Made by a program: the position numbers and the translations under genes. From contig OZ242351.1 in assembly GCA_965208675.1 (NCBI GenBank), forward strand, positions 384,001 through 448,000: a stretch of DNA of 64,000 nucleotides, written 5' to 3'. The notes beneath the pieces were generated by a model. The model made no database searches and had not been told where the DNA came from. It saw nothing but the letters and a program-made list of their open reading frames with translations. Origin of the DNA: Candidatus Poribacteria bacterium. GTDB lineage: Bacteria > Poribacteria > WGA-4E > PCPOR2b. Positions 1 to 8,991 of the stretch are shown here, in pieces; the first letter of the stretch is position 1, and the number at the start of each line of letters is the position of its first letter.

Positions 1-483
1 TCGCGACCAAGTGGTGCCGCCATCCTCGGTATGAATGACAAGTCCTCCATCACCGCCCGCCCAACCGAATTTATCATCAACAAAAGAGACGGCTGACAAC
101 GCGGCGCGCGTGCCGCTGTTAAGCTTCATCCATGTCGCACCGCCGTCGGTTGTTTTCAGTACGGTGCCGGCGTCACCAACGATCCAACCCGTTTGGGGAT
201 TGATAAACCGCACTTTGTAGAAATCCACCTTGAAGGGAAGCCGCTGGCTCGGTTGTTTTTCCCACGACGTTCCACCATTAGTCGTATGGAGGATTGTCGA
301 ATTTGAACCAACAATCCAACCGTGTTGAGAATCAACAAAGTAGATGTCCGTGAACGTAGCTCGCCACTCCGCCGTGCGGACAGATGTCCAACCTTTCTCC
401 TGTGCCGGGTTATTTGCGGCACATATCAATAGTAACGCTATCATTGATGAAACTACTTGAACACATCGCTTTTTGGTTATCAT
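1..483 (-). CDS. YCF48/BNR-repeat beta-propeller protein (5' part; runs off window start)
   Basis: Not in the ORF track. Manual translation from ATG at 483: MITKKRCVQVVSSMIALLLICAANNPAQEKGW...DIYFVDSQHGWIVG...ILHTTNGGTSW...GWIVGDAGTVLKTTDGGATW... Repeated TxDGGxTW Asp-boxes, signal peptide, AAGGAG RBS upstream. Confidence 0.85.
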   Translation of the reverse strand, partial: MITKKRCVQVVSSMIALLLICAANNPAQEKGWTSVRTAEWRATFTDIYFVDSQHGWIVGSNSTILHTTNGGTSWEKQPSQRLPFKVDFYKVRFINPQTGWIVGDAGTVLKTTDGGATWMKLNSGTRAALSAVSFVDDKFGWAGGDGGLVIHTEDGGTTWSR

Positions 484-545
484 GTTTGTCTCCTTTAAGA
501 AGGCAGTAATCATTTTCAAAGTCTTGTCAGTTTTTCCGTTTGCCC

Positions 546-1046
546 CTAAATTCCCATTCGCAGGGCTACTGCCGCAAGCAATATTAAAAGCGAGAACACG
601 CCGATGAGGCTTGACACCACTGTCATCCAATGACGCATCTTTTCAATGTGTTGGGGCAATTCTTCTGTACCCGCTTCGAGAGCATCAACGGCTTGCGAAA
701 TCCTCGGACCGATAACAAACGAGTGAATCGCCGTTAAAACGATCAAGATAACGAAGAATAGGAGCTTGATGAGGAGCGTGCGCAGGAACACATCCGCCAA
801 TCCCGCCAAATTCGAGAAACTGAGAAAGATATTAACTAACCCGGAAAACAACAGTACCAGCACACATCCCCACACAATGGGTTCAAACCGCCTGCCAATC
901 TGCGACAATATCTGGATGCGTTCTACAGGCGTCACTGACCGCTTGAAGTACGGTACTACAACCATCGCCATCATGAGATTACCGCCGATCCAAATTACGG
1001 CGGCAATAATGTGTAACCAGCGAACCAGCAAACCAAATAATTCCAT
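546..1046 (-). CDS. CopD/DUF4149-like 4-TM membrane protein
   Basis: WLHIIAAVIWIGG and LLIKL...HSFVIGP motifs; four hydrophobic helices; GGAGG RBS. Confidence 0.7.
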   Translation of the reverse strand: MELFGLLVRWLHIIAAVIWIGGNLMMAMVVVPYFKRSVTPVERIQILSQIGRRFEPIVWGCVLVLLFSGLVNIFLSFSNLAGLADVFLRTLLIKLLFFVILIVLTAIHSFVIGPRISQAVDALEAGTEELPQHIEKMRHWMTVVSSLIGVFSLLILLAAVALRMGI

Positions 1047-1073
1047 TGAGCCTCCCGGGTTTAGTGCGTTGAT

Positions 1074-1277
1074 TTAGAGAATTTGCTGCCAAGTAAGCAC
1101 GAGCTGTACGAAAAAAACCGGTATGAGTACCAACGAATAGAATCTGAGAATTACGGTCTCAAAGGTTTTAATGAGAGAATTGGATGTTGGTACCCGCCGC
1201 GCCTTTTTGCGTATGGCTTTCTCTTGACTATCTTTATCGTAGGGACGTATAATCTGTTCAATTGCGCCGTTCCTCAT
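1074..1277 (-). CDS. small hypothetical protein with C-terminal TM helix
   Basis: 67-aa ORF co-oriented with the two downstream genes; hydrophobic C-terminus; weak RBS. Confidence 0.35.
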   Translation of the reverse strand: MRNGAIEQIIRPYDKDSQEKAIRKKARRVPTSNSLIKTFETVILRFYSLVLIPVFFVQLVLTWQQIL

Positions 1278-1375
1278 TTTACCAGATTCTTAAAGTTGAT
1301 TCAAGTGAAAGTTCCATACAGGATTTCTATTTCGGAAAAATTCTCGGTTGGCGGCACCACCATTCAGGTTGAGCG

Positions 1376-2395
1376 GTGAGAGATAAAATCCTTATTACAC
1401 AAACAGGGGGTTGGGTTGGCGATATGGTGCTGCTAACTCCGGCTCTGAGAGCGTTAAAACGCGCTTATCCACAATCCCGCATGGATTTGTTGCTGCGCCC
1501 GCTCGTTGCAGAGTTGATGGCGGCGCACCCTTACGTTGATGAAGTAATAGTTGATTCCAAAGAACAACACCGGAGTCGTTTGAAATCGCTCCAGCAGGTG
1601 ACACGTGCTGTTCAGCAGGCTGAATTCGACCTTGCGGTTGTGTTACACCCCACCTCCTTTCGAAACGCATTAATCCCTTTTCTAGCGCGTGTTCCGGTAC
1701 GGATTGGTGCGAACATAAACGGTCGTGGAATTTTGCTGACAAAGACCCGTCCGAATCGGCGAGATTGCCATGAAGTTCACCGTTATCTACAAGTTTTAGA
1801 GTTGCTCGGCATTGATACGAAAGACACGAGTCTGGAGTTCTGGCATACAGATGTGGATCGGCAAGCCGTTCGCCAAATGCTCACTGAAAACGGTATCGCA
1901 CCCAACGAACGTCATATCGGCGTAAACCTAGGCACTACTTGGCAGACTAAGCAGTGGGAGGTCGAGAAATTTGCCGCCGCGTTAACGCAGGTGCAGCGTA
2001 TCATCAATGTACCAATTGTATTAACTGGTCATACGTCCGATACCGCGCTTGGCGAAGCGCTGCAGCGTACGGTTGAGGCGAATATTATCAATCTAATTGG
2101 GGCAACTACTCTCACGCAACTCGGAGCGCTTATCGAAAATTGTAGTCTTTATTTGACCTGCGACAGCGGTCCAATGCACATCGCCGCCGCTGTTGGCACA
2201 CCGACGATTGCCTTGTTCGGCCCAACATGCCCGGCGCGTCATCGTCCTTACGCGGAGGGGCATTGCGTCATTGAGAAACGAGTGCCATGCCGGCCGTGCT
2301 ACAAACCCACATGTAAACTTAAGAAATCTCCGAACCTTTGTATGACAGAAATTAAACCCGAGGAAGTCGTTGAGACCATCATTCAGGCATTTTGA
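1376..2395 (+). CDS. waaF: lipopolysaccharide heptosyltransferase II (GT9)
   Basis: GWVGDMVLLTPALRALK, DSGPMHIAAAVGTPTIALFGPT and CRPC...C...C GT9 motifs. Confidence 0.8.
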   Translation: MRDKILITQTGGWVGDMVLLTPALRALKRAYPQSRMDLLLRPLVAELMAAHPYVDEVIVDSKEQHRSRLKSLQQVTRAVQQAEFDLAVVLHPTSFRNALIPFLARVPVRIGANINGRGILLTKTRPNRRDCHEVHRYLQVLELLGIDTKDTSLEFWHTDVDRQAVRQMLTENGIAPNERHIGVNLGTTWQTKQWEVEKFAAALTQVQRIINVPIVLTGHTSDTALGEALQRTVEANIINLIGATTLTQLGALIENCSLYLTCDSGPMHIAAAVGTPTIALFGPTCPARHRPYAEGHCVIEKRVPCRPCYKPTCKLKKSPNLCMTEIKPEEVVETIIQAF

Positions 2396-2670
2396 TTCGG
2401 CGTTCTTTTGTAAAAAACTTTCCCGGTTTACAACTTTACAAATATAGGATTTACGCATTTGCACGGCGAGATGTTGTGTTTCGATGTTTCATCTCGCATT
2501 GAGGCAAATCATCACTGCACAAGAGTGGTGTAGCGTCTGACCGCGCCCTCTGATAACCGCTGCGTCGGGCAACTAAATTTCGAAGTTCATGAGTCCTAAA
2601 ATTTGTTGAGTTGAATCGCAATCCGACTTGAGCCAGCGTCTTAAATCAGCAAATTGAAGATAAAGGGGAA

Positions 2671-3684
2671 ATGATGAGGACATACCAAGTTGGAGTGATT
2701 GGATGCGGTATAATCGGCGGCCATCATGCGTCAGGACTTGTTGGTCTGCCTAACGCAACGTTAGCGGCTGCGTGCGATGTGATACCGAGCACGTTAAACG
2801 CCTTCAAGGAGCGTTGGAACGATTCATGGCCGAATATTTCCATGTACACAGATCATCGCGAAATGTTGAAGAACGAGGATTTGGACATTGTAACGGTGGC
2901 GACCTCCGATCATTTGCACGCGGATTTAGTGGTGAACGCCGCCAATGCGGGTGTAAAAGGCATTTTTTGCGAGAAGCCGTTGGCGACAAATCTAGCTGAT
3001 GCCGACCGTATGATTGAAGCAGTCGAGCGGAATAATACAATTCTGTCGATTGACCATACACGCAGATGGATGCCGTTATGGCGGTATACCAAAGAAGAAG
3101 TGGTGGGGAAGAATATGATAGGGCGCGTGCAGTGTATCCTCGGTTTTTTAACTGGCGGGCGCGCTATGTTGTTCCGGAACGGAACACATATCATTGACAT
3201 GATCTGTTACTTCGCCGATTCCGCCCCAGAATGGGTTTCGGCTGAACTGGAAACTGGATATGAGGACTACTGGGAATATCGCGGTGATGGCGGGCACGAC
3301 CCGGCGACAGAACCCGCTGCGCACGGGTACATCCACTTCGCCAACGGTGTACGCGGGTTTTACGTTGGCGGTCCCAAAACCACACGCAGAATGCTCCGCC
3401 TTGAGATTATTGGTACGGAGGGTTTTATCTTCATTGAAGATGCCTTCACCGAACCGAGGGCGCAGATTAGAACTAGTGATAAATTTGAAGATATCCAAAT
3501 TCCGGCGTGGGATGTCGTTGGCATCCCTGCCGGTGTCCAAGAACTGATTCGCATCGTCGATGAAGGCGGAGAGCCCGTATCGCCGGGAAGAGCCGGACGC
3601 GAAGCTGTTGAAATCATCCTTGGATTTCTAAATTCCAATCGCCATAACAATGCGAAAGTTAAAATCCCTCTCCCGCGCGACTAA
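2671..3684 (+). CDS. Gfo/Idh/MocA family oxidoreductase
   Basis: GxGxxG Rossmann motif (IGCGIIG), CEKP motif, NGTHIID. Confidence 0.9.
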   Translation: MMRTYQVGVIGCGIIGGHHASGLVGLPNATLAAACDVIPSTLNAFKERWNDSWPNISMYTDHREMLKNEDLDIVTVATSDHLHADLVVNAANAGVKGIFCEKPLATNLADADRMIEAVERNNTILSIDHTRRWMPLWRYTKEEVVGKNMIGRVQCILGFLTGGRAMLFRNGTHIIDMICYFADSAPEWVSAELETGYEDYWEYRGDGGHDPATEPAAHGYIHFANGVRGFYVGGPKTTRRMLRLEIIGTEGFIFIEDAFTEPRAQIRTSDKFEDIQIPAWDVVGIPAGVQELIRIVDEGGEPVSPGRAGREAVEIILGFLNSNRHNNAKVKIPLPRD

Positions 3685-3863
3685 TCCACTTAGGACTTAC
3701 ACACTTCAAATTTTAGTTGTACGATTCATTGGGTATAAAAGGGTGTGATTACCCCCAAAAACTAGAGAGTTGAATAAGAGATCTTTTCGACTAGAAAAAT
3801 GGTCATCATCTGAGCGAAAATAGGACTCGGAAACGCCAAGAAAAAGAAAGGAGTTTTTCCACC

Positions 3864-4151
3864 ATGTCCCGTAGAATACAGCGTGATGGCCGATTCAAAC
3901 CCCAAGTGGCGCTTGAAGCTATCAAGAATCAGCGGACTATCAGTCAAATTGCCAGTGAATACGGTGTCAATCCGGCACAAGTTAGCCAATGGAAAAAACA
4001 GGTGCTTGAGGAATTACCTCAACTCTTTGCGAAGGGACGTTCAAAAACGGCGTCCGACCACGACGAGCTAGTGTCTGAACTGTATCGCCAGATCGGTCAG
4101 TTGAAGGTAGAACTGGACTGGCTTCAAAAAAAAACGTCGCGCTTCCGTTGA
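3864..4151 (+). CDS. IS3 transposase OrfA (HTH + leucine zipper)
   Basis: FKPQVALEA...IASEYGVNP..VSQWKK...LYRQIGQLKVELDWLQKK; A9 run at 4126-4134. Confidence 0.9.
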   Translation: MSRRIQRDGRFKPQVALEAIKNQRTISQIASEYGVNPAQVSQWKKQVLEELPQLFAKGRSKTASDHDELVSELYRQIGQLKVELDWLQKKTSRFR

Positions 4152-4188
4152 ACAGAAGCGGCAGCTTGTTGAACCGGAGTGCCGTTCA

Positions 4189-4968
4189 GTGTCGATTGTA
4201 AGACAGTGCGAGCTCTTAGGCTTGTCTAGAGCATCGTTCTATTACACTCCTGTAGGGGAGTCTCCACAAAATCTGCTGTACATGCGTCTGTTAGATGAAC
4301 AGTACACCAAGACGCCGTGGTACGGGGTGCCTAAGTTAACGAAATGGCTTCGTCGTCAAGGATATGTTGTCAATCCGAAACGGGTAGCACGGTTAATGCG
4401 GAAGATGGGATTAGTTGCCATCTATCCCAAGCCCAAGATCTCCAGAATGGGCAAACCGTCGAAAGTGTACCCCTATCTGTTGAAAGGATTAAGTATTACC
4501 AGACCGAACCATGTCTGGGCAACTGATATCACCTATATTCGTTTAAGCCATGGCTTTGTTTACCTGGTAGCCGTTATGGATTGGTTTTCCCGCTATGTGT
4601 TGTCATGGGAACTTTCAAACTCCCTCGACGTGTTCTTTTGCCTATCGGCTCTGGAACGGGCGCTTGGTAAAGCGAGTCCATTAATATTCAACAACGACCA
4701 AGGAAGTCAATTTACTTCGGAGGCGTTTACTGCTAGACTTGAAGCCTCTGGCATAGCCATTAGTTGGAACGGTAGGGGCCGCTACTTTGACAACATCTTC
4801 ATTGAACGCCTTTGGCGCAGTGTTAAGTATGAGGAGGTTTACCTCAACGACTATGATTCAATGAACATGGCTCGGCGCCGCTTGAGAGATTATTTCAACT
4901 TTTACAACCGAGAGCGACTTCATCAATCGCTCGATTACTGTACACCTTACGAGGTGTATTTTCACTAA
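4189..4968 (+). CDS. IS3 transposase OrfB (rve DDE domain); frame open from the A9 run
   Basis: WATDITY, NDQGSQF and DNIFIERLWRSVKYE catalytic motifs. Confidence 0.92.
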   Translation: MSIVRQCELLGLSRASFYYTPVGESPQNLLYMRLLDEQYTKTPWYGVPKLTKWLRRQGYVVNPKRVARLMRKMGLVAIYPKPKISRMGKPSKVYPYLLKGLSITRPNHVWATDITYIRLSHGFVYLVAVMDWFSRYVLSWELSNSLDVFFCLSALERALGKASPLIFNNDQGSQFTSEAFTARLEASGIAISWNGRGRYFDNIFIERLWRSVKYEEVYLNDYDSMNMARRRLRDYFNFYNRERLHQSLDYCTPYEVYFH

Positions 4969-5059
4969 CTTCAGGCGTTTAAGTTTGACCAGAATTAGTC
5001 AGGTTTTATTTCTTAAATCTCCTTATTTTCTGTCTAAAGGATGGGGGTAAGTTATCTCC

Positions 5060-5548
5060 TTATTTCAAAACGTTTTCAAAGTTTCGGCAGGCGTCCCGAA
5101 ATTGATTGTACGTTTTCATCAATTCGGCGTAATCCATGGCTGCCATTGCTTGTGCTGATTCATAAACAACATCGTTAGTAGAATAAACTGAAAGTAATCG
5201 GTCAGTCTTAGATATAGACTTACTTAGGTCATCAATTACAGTTTTTAGATTAGCAATTACGGATTCAGGTATAACTGATGGTGGGGCTTCTAAGATTTTA
5301 GTCAATTTCGCTTCGAACACACTAAAATCAATGACTAGTGGCTTGAGATAAATGTCCGTATACTTATTAATTTCTCTAATTACTTCCAATATTTCATTAT
5401 GCATTACTGAAATATCCTTTAATCGGTGATCTAAAACTTCACGAACGTATTGCCTTTCATGTTCTAGTTCGCATAGTTTGCTGTGGCAAAGCTTCAAGGA
5501 TATGCCAAACAGTGCCATTAAAACAAACGTAGCTATCCAAATTTCCAT
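5060..5548 (-). CDS. hypothetical protein, N-terminal TM + helical domain; AT-rich
   Basis: 162-aa ORF with GGAGGTG RBS; the IS3 ends a few bp beyond its stop codon. Confidence 0.7.
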   Translation of the reverse strand: MEIWIATFVLMALFGISLKLCHSKLCELEHERQYVREVLDHRLKDISVMHNEILEVIREINKYTDIYLKPLVIDFSVFEAKLTKILEAPPSVIPESVIANLKTVIDDLSKSISKTDRLLSVYSTNDVVYESAQAMAAMDYAELMKTYNQFRDACRNFENVLK

Positions 5549-5575
5549 TTCGCACCTCCAGAATTAAGATGGTGG

Positions 5576-5660
5576 CGGCGGTAGCACCGAAGCAGGCAAA
5601 CGTGTCGCCCCGTCGGAAATACGCCTTTGTATAACCGATTTCACGATGCCCCTACCGCCG
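5576..5660 (-). ncRNA. putative structured leader RNA (multi-stem/cloverleaf)
   Basis: Outer stem CGGCGGTAG/CTACCGCCG encloses TCGG..CCGA and GGCGA..TTGCC stems, followed by CCACCA. No tRNA T-loop. Confidence 0.35.
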
Positions 5661-5680
5661 TATGCCAAAAAACCGATCAC

Positions 5681-5717
5681 AAAAAAAGACCGATGCAAAT
5701 TGGTAATCTGCACGGTC
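5681..5717 (-). terminator. intrinsic terminator within the leader of the 5060-5548 gene
   Basis: GACCG-TGCAGATT-acc-AATTTGCA-t-CGGTC followed by T7 on the minus strand. Confidence 0.65.
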
Positions 5718-5786
5718 ATTCGATGTATAGGTGTGCTGAGTCACCTTCAACATCTTGTTGGGTTCGCCCTTCCCCGCCAAAGTAAT

Positions 5787-5816
5787 ATATTAACACATGG
5801 CGATATGTTTTGTCAA
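5787..5816 (-). promoter_or_regulatory. sigma70-like promoter
   Basis: TTGACA-18 nt-TAATAT with TGn extended -10. Confidence 0.55.
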
Positions 5817-5891
5817 TGAATAAATAACTAAAAGCGATATTCGTTTTATCGCGAAAATTTCTGCGTATCGCTTGACGTTTGCACGTCGCAT

Positions 5892-6190
5892 CAGTTTTTG
5901 TAGGTTGGGTTAAGCGGAGCAAATAAAAGACGCTAAACATGTCAAATGGATATCGGTATTTGAATATGTGCAAACATCTTTAAGATCCAGCGAACCCAAC
6001 GATCAACTGAGCGAATAGCGAAGGCGATAGTTTTTTCTGCTCACGAACCCCGCTCAACACATTATCAAGCATAAAAAGTGATGGGTTACGATACACGTGT
6101 TTCCCCAAGTGCGATGTTTGGTGATCGGAACGGTTATTTGCGGCAGGAATGATTTTGGAATTACCCACTCAACCCAACCTACAAAAACTG
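5892..6190. repeat. REP/MITE-like element bounded by a perfect 20-bp inverted repeat
   Basis: CAGTTTTTGTAGGTTGGGTT (5892-5911) / AACCCAACCTACAAAAACTG (6171-6190). The core motif recurs near 27826, 28406, 29103, 31376 and 31584. Confidence 0.7.
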
Positions 6191-6398
6191 CCGCGCGATA
6201 ATTCACTAACACATCAGATTAGGTCGGTTTTGCTGGCAGCTAAGCCATTTCTAGTGTATAATTTATGAAGGTTAAAATGCAAAAGGCGTATATTTAGGAA
6301 AAGCAACGTTCATGGAATTTAGAAGTACAGAATGCTTGTTTGGTTGAATTCTCTCTCCTAATGATAGTGCGATTGACGGCACAAATGGGTTCATAACC

Positions 6399-8966
6399 AT
6401 GATAACACAGTGCAAATTCTCAGTTCCAATTGTGGCAATTGTATTGATGCTATGGGTTATACCCGCGATTGACGCGCTTGAGCCTGACCCGGCGGTTCAG
6501 GATGCACAGTACGCGTTCTTTGAAGCAAAAATACGTCCGGTTTTAGTGAACACCTGTTTCCAATGTCACGGCGGGGAGCAGACCAACAATGGTCTACGCG
6601 TGGATTCCCGGGAAGCACTGCTTGAAGGCGGCATTTATGGGCCAGCGATAGTGCCGAACGACCCCGATGCGAGTTTGATGATTGAAGCCATACGGCACAA
6701 TGAGACAGCATACGTAACGATGCCGCCCGACGAAAAATTGCCCGACCATGTTGTAAGGGATTTCGAGGCTTGGGTGAAGACGGGCGCAATTTGGCCGCCG
6801 GAAACCGATTGGCAGACTAAAGACACGGTGAAAGCGGACGAACATTGGGCATTTTTGCCGGTAAAAGCAGTTGAACCGCCAACCGATTTCTCGGATTGGT
6901 CTAGCCATCCAATCGATCGGTTCATCAGCATGCAACGGGTGGAACGGGGTTTGAATCCAAATCCGCCGGCGGAAAAGCGTACGCTCATGCGCCGCGTCTA
7001 CTTTGATCTCTTAGGATTACCGCCGACACCGGAAGAAGTGTCCGCATTTTTGGCGGACACGTCGCCGCATGCGTTAGAACGTCTCGTTGAACGCCTGCTT
7101 GCCTCACCGCGGTATGGCGAGCGTTGGGGGCGGCACTGGATGGATGTGGTACGTTACGCCGATACTGCTGGCGACAACGCTGATTACCCTATACCGGAAG
7201 CGCACCTGTACCGTGATTACATCATCGATTCGTTCAACTCGGACAAACCGTACGACCGGTTTATTCAGGAACAGCTAGCCGGTGATATTCTCGCCAACAA
7301 TGCTCCGCCTCAGCAATACGCCGAAAACATAATTGCTACGGGATTCATCGCTTTATCTCGCCGGTTCGGTACCGGACCGCTTCAATTGAAGCATCTGATC
7401 ATTGAAGACACGATTGACACAACGGGGCGCGCATTCTTAGGATTGACAATGCGCTGCGCTCGCTGTCATGACCACAAGTTCGAGCCGATTACCATGCAAG
7501 ATTACTATGCCATGTACGGCATCTTCGACAGCACAACGTATCCCTACCCCGGTTCAGAGTCATTTCAATCTGATCGAAATCCACGTACAAATTTTGTGCC
7601 GCTGCAGCCTCCTGAAGAAGTTCAACCACAAATTGACGCTTACCAAACCGAGTTGAGTCAGCGCCGAAAAGAGATTGAACAACTGGAACATGAAGGCGAG
7701 CTAGCGGAAAAACGAAATTCAATCAAACAACAAATTGAATCATTACGAGAACAGATTAAGACGCTGAAGTCGGATGGAGGAGATACGAAAGACCTTGAAT
7801 CGCAGTTACCAGCGCTGTCAACGCAGCAAAACGAACTCAGGGACAAAATTAACCACCAAAAAGGCGATTTGAAGCGAAAATTACCGCGTTCTGATCTGCC
7901 GGCGGACATGCCTCAAGCTTATGCAGTTAAAGATGGAGAAGCGAAAGATGCGCTAATTCACCGACGCGGCGACCCGGCGCAGTCCGGTCCTGCAATAAGG
8001 CGGGATGTACCGAAATTTCTTAACAACGGTAAGACGCTTGAAATTCCAGAAGGCCAAAGCGGACGCTTGCAACTGGCGCAGTGGCTTACGAACCCGGAGA
8101 ACCCATTGACGGCGCGGGTAATGGTCAATCGAATTTGGCAATACCACTTTGGGAAAGGAATCGTTTCTACCCCGTCGAATTTTGGTCGTAACGGCGCTAC
8201 GCCGACACACCCGCTTTTGATTGATTATTTGGCAACGCGCTTTATCGAAAGCGGTTGGTCGGTAAAGGCGATGCACAGACTGATTCTTTCATCGAAGACC
8301 TACCAACTGGCGAGCAGCGGCAACGTACAAAACGCCGTTGTCGACCCGTCTAACGATTACTATTGGCGATTCGAACGGCGCCGGCTTGACGCAGAAGCCT
8401 TACGCGATGCCGTGATGAACATCAGCGGTTTATTGGATTTAAACCGGCCGGGAGCGCATCCGTTCCCGCCAATAGAAAAATGGTTCTGGTCGCAGCACGT
8501 GCCGTTTCCTTACGATAACGTGACAGGTCGCTTCGTACCAACTCCGTATCCCTCGAACCACCGCACCGTCTATTTGATGACGCAGCGGCTTCAATACCAT
8601 CCGTTTCTCGGACTATTTGACGGACCTGATACGAACACGACTACTGGAGTACGCACAAGTTCTACAATACCCCAGCAATCTCTATATCTCATGAACAATC
8701 CGTGGGCTTACGGGCAAGCCCAAGAATTTAGTAAACGCTTGATTGCGTTTTCACAGGATCCTGTAGAACGCATTGACCGCGCACATTTACTCGCTTATGG
8801 CCGCGACGCAACCACCGAAGAAAAGCAGCTTGCTGAAGCGTATATTAAACGTGTAGTTGAAAACCTTCAAACCAACGAATTCACTCCCGAACAATGGGAG
8901 ATGGAAGCGTGGAATAGTTACGCACAGGTGTTGTTAAGATCCAATGAATTTCTTTACATTGACTAA
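6399..8966 (+). CDS. planctomycete cytochrome c + DUF1549/DUF1553 (PSD1/PSCyt2) protein
   Basis: FFEAKIRPVL..CFQCH, YGERWGRHWMDVVRYADT, CARCHDHK, NPLTARVMVNRIWQYHFGKG, RRLDAEALRD. Confidence 0.92.
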   Translation: MITQCKFSVPIVAIVLMLWVIPAIDALEPDPAVQDAQYAFFEAKIRPVLVNTCFQCHGGEQTNNGLRVDSREALLEGGIYGPAIVPNDPDASLMIEAIRHNETAYVTMPPDEKLPDHVVRDFEAWVKTGAIWPPETDWQTKDTVKADEHWAFLPVKAVEPPTDFSDWSSHPIDRFISMQRVERGLNPNPPAEKRTLMRRVYFDLLGLPPTPEEVSAFLADTSPHALERLVERLLASPRYGERWGRHWMDVVRYADTAGDNADYPIPEAHLYRDYIIDSFNSDKPYDRFIQEQLAGDILANNAPPQQYAENIIATGFIALSRRFGTGPLQLKHLIIEDTIDTTGRAFLGLTMRCARCHDHKFEPITMQDYYAMYGIFDSTTYPYPGSESFQSDRNPRTNFVPLQPPEEVQPQIDAYQTELSQRRKEIEQLEHEGELAEKRNSIKQQIESLREQIKTLKSDGGDTKDLESQLPALSTQQNELRDKINHQKGDLKRKLPRSDLPADMPQAYAVKDGEAKDALIHRRGDPAQSGPAIRRDVPKFLNNGKTLEIPEGQSGRLQLAQWLTNPENPLTARVMVNRIWQYHFGKGIVSTPSNFGRNGATPTHPLLIDYLATRFIESGWSVKAMHRLILSSKTYQLASSGNVQNAVVDPSNDYYWRFERRRLDAEALRDAVMNISGLLDLNRPGAHPFPPIEKWFWSQHVPFPYDNVTGRFVPTPYPSNHRTVYLMTQRLQYHPFLGLFDGPDTNTTTGVRTSSTIPQQSLYLMNNPWAYGQAQEFSKRLIAFSQDPVERIDRAHLLAYGRDATTEEKQLAEAYIKRVVENLQTNEFTPEQWEMEAWNSYAQVLLRSNEFLYID

Positions 8967-8991
8967 CTTTAATCGACGCTAGGAGTGAACC

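Larger units (their letters stand above)
3744..5055 (+). mobile_element. IS3-family insertion sequence
   Basis: orfA/orfB pair. Imperfect terminal IRs: left tgtgaTTACCCCCAaaaacTAGAgAG..AATAAG, right (reverse complement) ataacTTACCCCCAtccttTAGAcAG..AATAAG. Ends approximate; no clear TSD. Confidence 0.85.

Noticed and set aside
2445-3703. TAGGAYTTACRCA MITE-like ends at 2445 and 3691
   Set aside because: Partner IRs are too degenerate to define an element.
5570-5665. tRNA (including tRNA-Sec), suggested by the acceptor-like stem and CCA
   Set aside because: No TTCRA T-loop, no proper D or anticodon arm, and no TCA anticodon; kept only as a structured leader.
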